From assembly GCA_027858235.1 (NCBI GenBank), contig JAQIDC010000055.1, positions 29,826 to 93,825 on the forward strand: DNA of 64,000 bases, given 5' to 3'. The notes under the pieces are model-generated. The model saw only the letters and a program-made list of their open reading frames with translations, searched no databases and was not told the DNA's origin. Of the stretch, positions 43,672 to 50,988 are shown in pieces (position 1 is the stretch's first letter; every line of letters begins with the position of its first letter). A program made the translations under genes and the position numbers. The DNA comes from Patescibacteria group bacterium. Lineage in GTDB: Bacteria > Patescibacteriota > Patescibacteriia > Patescibacteriales > BM507.

Positions 43672-45804
43672 TCAAAGTATTCTAAATTCTAAAAAAACAC
43701 TAGTTCCTACTCCAATTTTACTTTCTAATTTTATTTTTATTCCATACACATCTGCTATTTTTTTTGCAATAACCAATCCAAGTCCAGTCCCTTCAATGTC
43801 TGTATTGTTTGAATTTCTAGGTCTATAAAATCTTGTAAATACTTTGGATTGATCTTCACTTTCTATTCCAACCCCATTGTCAGATACTTCTAAAACAGCT
43901 TTTTTAGAATTTATTCTTTTTAATTTTATTTCAATTTTTTTCTTTTTCTTTATTCCAATATATTTTGCTGAATTACTTACCAAATTCGTAATTAATTCTT
44001 CAATTTTATCGCTATTGGCGCTTATATTTATTCTAGGATCTACTGAAACATTAAACTTAATTTCCTTTTCATTCATAACAACATTAAAATATTCTCCCAA
44101 TTCCTCAACCATCTTAGTCAAATTTAATTTTTGCATCTTCAGGGTTTCACTGTTATTATCCAATCTAGCTAACTTCAAAATATCATAAATAAACTTTGAT
44201 AATTTGTTGATGGAATTTTCAAACTTTTTCAAGCTTTTTTCATCTCCTGTCTCTTTTCTCACTATATCGAGGTCACCCTTCAAGACCGTTAGAGGGGTTT
44301 GCAGACGATGAGCAATTTCTAACATCATTTGTTTTTGCTCTTTTTGAAGTCCTTCGATTTTTGCAGTTCTTAAACTAACTTTTTCTTCTAAGTTTTTTGA
44401 ATAATCTTGAACTTGTTTATATAGTTTAGCCTTTTCCATAGCAACAGCAGCTTGCAATGAGATAGCTTTTAGAAGAGTCTTATCTTCACTATTATAAGAA
44501 TCACCTGATTTTTTATTTCCAAGTAAAAAATAACCTAATATTTTTTTATTTATTTTTATTTTTAAAAAGAATTCAATTTTATTTTTTTCAGCAATTTTTA
44601 ATAAAATATTACAAGAACCTCTCATTTCAAAATCCAAACCCTTGGTCTCTTTAATCTCTTTTATTTCCCAAATACTCACCAGTAAAGAATCCACGCTATT
44701 GAGACATTTAAAATTTTCCTTGTTTCTCATATCAATAACTTCAGCTAAGTCAATATTATTATCAGTTGATAATAATATTACATTTTCAACCTTTAATATG
44801 CCTTTTAGTTTTTCTAAAAATTCCTCTATTAAAGTATCGAGCTTAATATTTTTATTTAAAACTTCACTTAATTCATTCATGGCAGTTGGAAGATCGTAAG
44901 AATCTTTATAAAAGAATTTATCTGTGGCCCTTTTAAAAAACTTCTCGAGATAAGGAACGCCATAAATCCCTAAAACAATTGTAAAGATTGTAGCGATAAT
45001 AGATTTTGTATTAGGGTTTGATTCTAAAAATATATTTAATACGAAAATTAATGATAAATAAAAAGAAATTATGACACTCAATATAATTGAGTAGTTTAAA
45101 CTTTTTTGAATTACTAATTTAACATCTAATAAATTATGCTTAATAATTGAGTATGCAATCAAAAATACCATAACGAATGAAAATATTGGTCCTAAATTAT
45201 TAAAATTAAATATTCCAAAAAATACTGGTAAAAATAAATTTGTTGTTAAAAATGTTACAATAAATATCCACTGCCCCAACATTATATAAAAAATCTGTTT
45301 TCTTAAAACCCCCTCGGATTTAATAAATTTGAAGCTTATAGCTCCTAGAGTAAGGGAAAACATAAGAATTACATAGACTGTAAACAACCCAATAACCGGT
45401 CCGAGTTCTCCGCCAATAAAACCATTCCCAACTTCTACTGTCTTTACCATTTTACTTGTTAGGGTAAGTAAAAATAAAGTGGTGGAGAAAAAAACAAGCG
45501 GATATTCCCAAAACTTTTTTATCCTTTTTCCTGCTGGGAATGAAATAGAAAAATAAAAAAGCGCCGTAGCCATAACGACGCCAAAAGAAAATGCCAATCT
45601 ACTCCAGATTATTTGAGGCCAGACACCTAGAATAGTTAAAAACAATGAAAGATTCCAAAAGGCCAAAGACAAAGAAAAAGATGAATATAAAAATTTCAAA
45701 AACGGTTTTGAGCTTCTAAACCATACGATTAAGGCCATTAATGAATTTACTACAAAAACCGTTAATTGCAAAAGTAAAATAATATTTAAATAAAGGCTAT
45801 TCAT
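43672..45804 (-). CDS. Sensor histidine kinase (multi-TM N-terminal sensor, GAF-like region, HisKA, HATPase_c)
   Basis: 710 aa with about 8 TM helices. H-box EIAHRLQTPLTVL. ATPase motifs NLVSNSAKY, DNGVGI, GTGLGLVIAKK. ATGA overlap with the upstream gene. Confidence 0.85.
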   Translation of the reverse strand: MNSLYLNIILLLQLTVFVVNSLMALIVWFRSSKPFLKFLYSSFSLSLAFWNLSLFLTILGVWPQIIWSRLAFSFGVVMATALFYFSISFPAGKRIKKFWEYPLVFFSTTLFLLTLTSKMVKTVEVGNGFIGGELGPVIGLFTVYVILMFSLTLGAISFKFIKSEGVLRKQIFYIMLGQWIFIVTFLTTNLFLPVFFGIFNFNNLGPIFSFVMVFLIAYSIIKHNLLDVKLVIQKSLNYSIILSVIISFYLSLIFVLNIFLESNPNTKSIIATIFTIVLGIYGVPYLEKFFKRATDKFFYKDSYDLPTAMNELSEVLNKNIKLDTLIEEFLEKLKGILKVENVILLSTDNNIDLAEVIDMRNKENFKCLNSVDSLLVSIWEIKEIKETKGLDFEMRGSCNILLKIAEKNKIEFFLKIKINKKILGYFLLGNKKSGDSYNSEDKTLLKAISLQAAVAMEKAKLYKQVQDYSKNLEEKVSLRTAKIEGLQKEQKQMMLEIAHRLQTPLTVLKGDLDIVRKETGDEKSLKKFENSINKLSKFIYDILKLARLDNNSETLKMQKLNLTKMVEELGEYFNVVMNEKEIKFNVSVDPRINISANSDKIEELITNLVSNSAKYIGIKKKKKIEIKLKRINSKKAVLEVSDNGVGIESEDQSKVFTRFYRPRNSNNTDIEGTGLGLVIAKKIADVYGIKIKLESKIGVGTSVFLEFRIL

Positions 45805-47051
45805 ATTTTTCTAAGTAGAGGAATTGATAATGTATTGTGATAATTTTTAACCGAACCTAAAATTGATATTTTCCAATTATCAATTAAGAGTAAATTGACA
45901 AGTTCTTCTTGACAGGCCAAACACCAATAAGTATATCCATTTTCCTTGCTCCAAATTTTTGCAGCCGAGCAAAGTAATAGAAAAAATTTTGAACCTCGAT
46001 ATTTACCTTTTATAGCGACCCTTGAGGCCTCTAGAATTTTACTTCTATCTATATTCCCCAATAAGTCAAATTCTTCTTCCATTAAGAATCCTCTAGGTGT
46101 ATCTTTTATTAATCTTACAGTTCCAATTATACCATCTGAGCTTAGCATTATAAAGGTTGTTGAAAAATCATCATAATAATCAATTTCTTGCCTATTGGGA
46201 TAATCGCAAGAATTAAGAGAATTTATGTCATTACAATATACATCAAAACGCAAAGAATACGACGCCACCAAGTCCTCTTCTGTAACTGCCTTACTGACAT
46301 AAAAAAACTCATTGTCACACTCTACAACCAACACTTTTATCGCTCTTATCAAGATATCGCTATCACCATAAACTTCTTCGCTCATAATTACTCTAAAACC
46401 AAATTTTTCAAGCATTTCAGTTAATTCTTCTTTATTAAAAAAATGATATATCTGATTTCTACCTAAATATTTAATAACAAAAAAATTAAAAAATAACACA
46501 AACAAAAAAGGTGGCAAGAACCAAAGAAAAGAAAAATAAAAATTAATCTTATCCTTCATATTCTTTTTTTTTAACATTGAAAAATTTTCTTTTAAAACAT
46601 CAATAATGCTCGGGTTCTTTTTTGGATTTACCAAAATCAAATCCCCACCTAGGCGTAATTTTTTGTAAATATTCTTTAAAAAGATTTCAGAGTCATTTAA
46701 AGTATATAACACATTTATACAATACACTAGATCAAGAGAAGAATCTTTTACAAAAATATTGTGATTTAAATCATCCAAAGCAAACCTGGAGAATGGATTA
46801 AACGAATTTTTTATTTTTGCAAACAGAAGCATGACCCTTGAATTGTCAATTCCTAAAAAATCATATGGTTTTTTATGATTCTTTTTAATCACTCTCGCCA
46901 AATTGCCAGTTCCACAACCAAAATCAACAATTCTTTTTTGATTGCAATCAACCATACTTGATATTTTTTCAAGCATTGATTGGTAAGGTAACAAAAACAA
47001 AATAGAGTCGTAAAATAACGCATAAACTTCCCATAGTATTTTTCTCATCAT
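45801..47051 (-). CDS. Fusion protein: class-I SAM methyltransferase, TM segment, GNAT-type N-acyl amino acid synthase/autoinducer-synthase-like domain
   Basis: 416 aa with SD AAGGAGAG. Motif I is IVDFGCGTGNLA. TM FYFSFLWFLPPFLFVLFFNFFVI. The C-terminal half (YSLRFDVYCNDINSL...QEIDYYDDFSTTFIMLS.DGIIGTVRLI...) follows the FeeM/NasY-type pattern. Confidence 0.55.
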   Translation of the reverse strand: MMRKILWEVYALFYDSILFLLPYQSMLEKISSMVDCNQKRIVDFGCGTGNLARVIKKNHKKPYDFLGIDNSRVMLLFAKIKNSFNPFSRFALDDLNHNIFVKDSSLDLVYCINVLYTLNDSEIFLKNIYKKLRLGGDLILVNPKKNPSIIDVLKENFSMLKKKNMKDKINFYFSFLWFLPPFLFVLFFNFFVIKYLGRNQIYHFFNKEELTEMLEKFGFRVIMSEEVYGDSDILIRAIKVLVVECDNEFFYVSKAVTEEDLVASYSLRFDVYCNDINSLNSCDYPNRQEIDYYDDFSTTFIMLSSDGIIGTVRLIKDTPRGFLMEEEFDLLGNIDRSKILEASRVAIKGKYRGSKFFLLLCSAAKIWSKENGYTYWCLACQEELVNLLLIDNWKISILGSVKNYHNTLSIPLLRKI

Positions 47052-47183
47052 ATTTCTCTCCTTGTGAAGTGGGTTTATAATGCTATTGTTTTTTCTCCTT
47101 TATGAAACAATAGCTTTTAAAAAGAACCATGTTGCTTTTAATTATACAACATGAAGATAAAATAAATCTAAATTTTTTTAAAA

Positions 47184-47214
47184 TAAAAAAAGAAGGTGTT
47201 TTACCTTCTTTTTT
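47184..47214 (-). terminator. Bidirectional rho-independent terminator downstream of the OmpR-type regulator gene
   Basis: Stem AGAAGGT (47191..47197) pairs with ACCTTCT (47203..47209), flanked by an A-run and a T-run. It lies 16 nt past the stop at 47230. Confidence 0.6.
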
Positions 47215-47229
47215 AGAACAATTATACTT

Positions 47230-47901
47230 TTATTTCAAATCAATCTTATACCCAATACCTGCCACTGTATATATTAATTTCTTTTTACCTTTTACATCAA
47301 TTTTTTTTCTCAAACTAGCAATGTGTGATTCAATTGTGTTTGAAAAATAATCAACACTCATATCCCAAACATTTTCAAGAAGCATATTGCGAGACAAGAC
47401 TATTCCTGCATTCTTTACTAGGTATTTTAAAAGCATATATTCTTTTTTGGTTAAGGTTATTTTTTTATCTCCACGAGAAACTTCATGTCTTGCGATATCA
47501 ATAGTTAAGTCATCGATATTAATAATTTCATTTTCAACTTTTTCTGGCCTTCGTAGTAGTGCATTAATTCTGGCTAAAAGTTCGCTAACTTCAAATGGTT
47601 TTGTGAGATAATCATCTGCACCCGAGTTTAGTAAATCTACTTTTGTGGTCGTTTCAGAATTTACAGAGACCATTAGTATAGGAACACTCCTACCATCATT
47701 TCTAATTTCACGACAAACTTGTTGACCAGGTTTTTTTGGCATAACATTGTCAAGTAGAATAATATCATAATTATTCGTACGTGCCTTGAAAGAACCATCC
47801 TCTCCATTCATCGCTACATCAACTATAAAATGTTCTTTCTCCAAACTTTTTTTGATAAAATTAGAAATTTGTTTTTCATCTTCAACAACTAATACTTTCA
47901 T
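47230..47901 (-). CDS. OmpR-family response regulator (REC plus winged-helix DNA-binding domain)
   Basis: MKVLVVEDEKQ...DIILLDNVMPKKPG...LTKKEYMLLKYLVKNAGIVLSR...TVAGIGYKI. The track start at 47943 is GTG and adds 14 implausible residues, so the ATG at 47901 is preferred. Confidence 0.85.
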   Translation of the reverse strand: MKVLVVEDEKQISNFIKKSLEKEHFIVDVAMNGEDGSFKARTNNYDIILLDNVMPKKPGQQVCREIRNDGRSVPILMVSVNSETTTKVDLLNSGADDYLTKPFEVSELLARINALLRRPEKVENEIINIDDLTIDIARHEVSRGDKKITLTKKEYMLLKYLVKNAGIVLSRNMLLENVWDMSVDYFSNTIESHIASLRKKIDVKGKKKLIYTVAGIGYKIDLK

Positions 47902-47995
47902 AAAATTAAAATTATTATTAATGTTATAAATTAATTGTAGCACAAATAAAAAATAATAAAAATGCTAAAAATTCATTGTGTAATATTTTTTTATT

Positions 47996-48004
47996 TGTTA
48001 TAAT
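47996..48004 (+). promoter_or_regulatory. Extended -10 box TGTTATAAT (plus strand) for 48055..48327
   Basis: Exact TGTTATAAT, 51 nt upstream of the ATG, with GAGGAGGTG as RBS at 48040..48048. Confidence 0.5.
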
Positions 48005-48054
48005 TAAAATATAATTTTATTTTAAAATATTTTAAGAAGAGAGGAGGTGATAAT

Positions 48055-48327
48055 ATGGCAACAAAGAAAAAAGCAGTAAAAAAGAAAGTAGCTAAAAAAC
48101 CAGCGAACAAAAAGGTGGTTAAAAAAGTAGTTAAAAAAGCTGCTCCAAAAAAGAAGGTGGTTAAGAAAGTAGTTAAAAAAGCTGCTCCAAAAAAGAAAGT
48201 GGTAAAAAAAGCTGCTCCAAAGAAAAAAGCTGCTCCAAAAAAGAAAGTAGCTAAAAAACCAGCAAAGAAGAAAACTGTTAAAAAAGCTGCTCCAAAGAAA
48301 AGAGTAGTTAAGAAAAAAAAGAAATAG
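48055..48327 (+). CDS. Lys/Ala/Val-rich histone-H1-like basic protein
   Basis: 90 aa made almost entirely of KKAAPKKKVVKK-type repeats. Has a strong RBS, its own promoter box and a terminator. The underlying DNA is an imperfect tandem repeat of about 42 nt. Confidence 0.65.
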   Translation: MATKKKAVKKKVAKKPANKKVVKKVVKKAAPKKKVVKKVVKKAAPKKKVVKKAAPKKKAAPKKKVAKKPAKKKTVKKAAPKKRVVKKKKK

Positions 48328-48373
48328 TCTTCATATAATTTAGTTTTAATACTAAAAATCTAGGGAGAAAAAA

Positions 48374-48407
48374 GAAAACGTTTCAATTAGAAACGTTTTC
48401 TTTTTTT
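48374..48407 (+). terminator. Rho-independent terminator of 48055..48327
   Basis: Stem GAAAACGTTT (48374..48383) pairs with AAACGTTTTC (48391..48400), followed by TTTTTTT. Confidence 0.7.
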
Positions 48408-48478
48408 GCAAGAATTTTCTATGTTGTTTTCTCGAATTTAAAAAGTAACGTTGCTTTTTAAATAATGTGGTGAGTTCT

Positions 48479-50239
48479 TTATTTTGTTTTCCTTTTTAAA
48501 TAAATCTCTTTATTTACATCCTCAATTTCTTTTCCAATAAACTCTTCTGAAATATCTAGAGCATCTTGTAGCTTATCCTTTACTCTTTTCTCTGACTCAG
48601 AAAGACCTGTTTTTTTATCAGCTAATTCCATTAGTTCTTCAACTTCCTCACGTAGGGCAGTAAATATTTCTCCTAATTTTAATTTTGCTTCATCTGTTTC
48701 TCGGGCTATTCTTATTCTTTCTTCTCCAAACTTGTGTTTAATAAACCAAATATATGTTATTAATCCTAGTATTATTAAAAGTAAGATTAAAATAATCACT
48801 AAACCATAAGATTCTATTATGCTTGGAGCTATTACTACCAAAATGTGTTTGGATGTTTTGAAACTTTGGGCCCCTCTATCATCAACAATCCAAGCCTGAA
48901 TTTCGTAATTTCCTTTTTCTAATTTTTCTTTATGAAAATATGACCAATTACCCTCTTCATCTGTTCTGGTTGTAAATACTTTAATGTCTTTATCAGATGT
49001 CCCTATACTTATATTTATATTTACAGATGGATAAAATGATTTTCCTCGTATAACCAACTCTTCATTTGTTTTTATTATATTTGGGATGTCTGAAATTATA
49101 GGTGATTTCAATGGTTCAACAAAAAAGTCAATAGAAGAAGAAGCAATATTCTGAGCATTGTCATAAATTATCAATTGGATATTGTGTTCACCTGGATCGA
49201 CCCTGTCCATCTTATACCTTCCATTTGAAATCATTCCCGTTTCAAGAGTCTTAACTTCGTCTCCTTTAACAAGTTCGTAATAAGCTATTCCTGAAGTTTC
49301 ATCGCTAGCATTAAAAACAAGTTCTGGTGAGGGATTGTTGTCATCTCCATCATTATCAACTCTAACACCATTTAAAATAGGTGATTTTGTATCAACTAAG
49401 AACTTTTTGTGAGCAACCATTCCCCATCCTGCTTTATTCTGATATTTAACGTGTATATACCATTCTCCATCCTCAACATCATCAAACTTTTTAGTTTCGA
49501 TAATTCCATCAGGAATTGGTCCTGGGTCAGATTCGGCTTCGTCTGTTATGGATATACTTACCCCGGTCAGCTCAGCTAGCATTTTCCATGAAAATTCAGG
49601 ATCATTATTTGAATACCACACATCATCTTCTTTGTGCGTCTTTGAGTTAATTTCTGGTTTTGGAGGCAATATTCCACGAACAACTTCTTTTTCTTCTGGT
49701 TCAGGTTTAGTTGGTTCAGGTTTTGGCTCTTCTTCTTTTGGCTCTATCAAAACATAGGTAGCATTACCATAACCCTCGACAACGTCCGTGCCTTTTCCAT
49801 CTTGGGCTAAAACAGATCCAGAAGAAAAAGTAACCGAAGTATTGCCTGCTTTTTTAACATTGAAAACAATAGAAAAAATTAAACCAGCATTGCCTGTATA
49901 GGCACCTGGCAAACCTCCCCCGTATGAAATAGTACCAGCTGAATTTGAATAAGTTGGGTCAGTTACCCATAATTTAAAAATAGTTCCAGAATCAGAAAGT
50001 CTAGAAACACTTAAATATTCTGGATCAAATTTTAAACTTCCCTCTGAGGCATTAATACCAGGACTTCCTCCGCTATTAACCATTACTTTTGCAGTTATTG
50101 TCCCACCCTGAGTGTATTCACCACTAGATGGAGACAAAAACAAAGTTGCCCCCGCAGCATTAACAGTGGCACTAAAAAGTGGTAATAAATTAATAACAAA
50201 AAATGCTATTAATATAAATAAAAATTTTATCCTCCTCAT
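48479..50239 (-). CDS. Membrane-anchored surface protein with cohesin-like domain (paralog of 3463..5202)
   Basis: 586 aa. Signal peptide, then AAGATLFLSPSSGEYTQGGTITAKVMVNSGGSPGINASEGSLKFDPEYL...GGGLPGAYTGNAGLIFSIVF. C-terminal TM LVIILILLLIILGLITYIWFI plus a coiled-coil tail. Confidence 0.6.
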   Translation of the reverse strand: MRRIKFLFILIAFFVINLLPLFSATVNAAGATLFLSPSSGEYTQGGTITAKVMVNSGGSPGINASEGSLKFDPEYLSVSRLSDSGTIFKLWVTDPTYSNSAGTISYGGGLPGAYTGNAGLIFSIVFNVKKAGNTSVTFSSGSVLAQDGKGTDVVEGYGNATYVLIEPKEEEPKPEPTKPEPEEKEVVRGILPPKPEINSKTHKEDDVWYSNNDPEFSWKMLAELTGVSISITDEAESDPGPIPDGIIETKKFDDVEDGEWYIHVKYQNKAGWGMVAHKKFLVDTKSPILNGVRVDNDGDDNNPSPELVFNASDETSGIAYYELVKGDEVKTLETGMISNGRYKMDRVDPGEHNIQLIIYDNAQNIASSSIDFFVEPLKSPIISDIPNIIKTNEELVIRGKSFYPSVNINISIGTSDKDIKVFTTRTDEEGNWSYFHKEKLEKGNYEIQAWIVDDRGAQSFKTSKHILVVIAPSIIESYGLVIILILLLIILGLITYIWFIKHKFGEERIRIARETDEAKLKLGEIFTALREEVEELMELADKKTGLSESEKRVKDKLQDALDISEEFIGKEIEDVNKEIYLKRKTK

Positions 50240-50251
50240 ATTTTAAAACTT

Positions 50252-50689
50252 TTAAACTTTTTGAATTTCTATTTTCATTTTACCTTTTTGTAATCTTAGA
50301 AAAGGCAATTTCAAAACCAAAATTCCATTTTTAACCTTAGCATCAATTTTAGAAACATCAACTTCTTGTGGTAGAATGATTTGTCTGTAAAACGAACCCC
50401 AAGAACATTCTTGTCTTAAGTAATTCTTAGCGTCTTCTTCTACATCAATCAAGGGCAACATCCTTTTTCCCTTTAGCGTTAAGACATCATTCTCATTCTC
50501 GATGGAAATATCAAGAGTTTGAACATTAATCCCTGCTACCAAAGCAATAATGTAAATTTCTTCCTTTGTTTGAAAAATATCTACATCAAGCTGCATAAAC
50601 CCTTGAGGTTTTTTTTCTTTTTTTGGTTCTTCTTTCTTCGTGTGCTCGTCTGATTCTATTTTGTCTTTAATTTTATCTAGAAAGCCCAT
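50252..50689 (-). CDS. Small heat-shock protein (Hsp20/alpha-crystallin family)
   Basis: 145 aa with SD AAAGGAG. Contains DVDIFQTKEEIYIIALVAGI...LTLKGKR...GSFYRQIILPQEVDVSKIDAKVKNGILVLKLP, an alpha-crystallin domain pattern. Confidence 0.85.
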   Translation of the reverse strand: MGFLDKIKDKIESDEHTKKEEPKKEKKPQGFMQLDVDIFQTKEEIYIIALVAGINVQTLDISIENENDVLTLKGKRMLPLIDVEEDAKNYLRQECSWGSFYRQIILPQEVDVSKIDAKVKNGILVLKLPFLRLQKGKMKIEIQKV

Positions 50690-50876
50690 ATTCTCCTTTA
50701 ATGTGAGTTACAAAATAGATTGCTTAACGAAATTTTTATTTTTTGAGAAAATTTTTTCAATAATTTTTGAGATTTAGCATCGCTAAGTCGAAAATATTTT
50801 TGTAGAAATTTACCGAAAAATAAAGATTGCAGTAGTAAGCTATTTTGTAATTCGCATTATAATAATTATTTTCTAT

Positions 50877-50885
50877 ATTATAACA
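50877..50885 (-). promoter_or_regulatory. Extended -10 box TGTTATAAT (minus strand) for hsp20, implying a leader of about 180 nt
   Basis: Plus-strand ATTATAACA at 50877..50885. The hsp20 ATG is at 50689. Confidence 0.45.
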
Positions 50886-50911
50886 CAATCTAAAAAATTT
50901 ATCCAAATTTT

Positions 50912-50975
50912 TAAAACTGTTTTGAATTTATTATTTTGAAAATTTTAGTTTGTTTAGAATTTAAAATTTAGTGCT
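50912..50975. repeat. AT-rich intergenic palindrome family, half copy (centre plus right arm)
   Basis: Centre AAAACTGTTTTGAAT (50912..50926). Right arm TTAGTTTGTTTAGAATTTAAAATTTAGTGCTTAGGATTTG ends 14 nt from the stop at 50989. Confidence 0.6.
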
Positions 50976-50988
50976 TAGGATTTGTTCC

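Noticed and set aside
47128-47153. 7-bp inverted repeat CATGTTG/CAACATG flanking a TATAAT upstream of the methyltransferase fusion gene, considered as an operator
   Set aside because: It is short, a single occurrence, and has no second site. It is noted but insufficient to call a regulator-binding site.
50774-50786. TTAGCATCGCTAA palindrome upstream of hsp20, considered as a CIRCE operator
   Set aside because: It does not match TTAGCACTC-N9-GAGTGCTAA in arm length, spacing or sequence.
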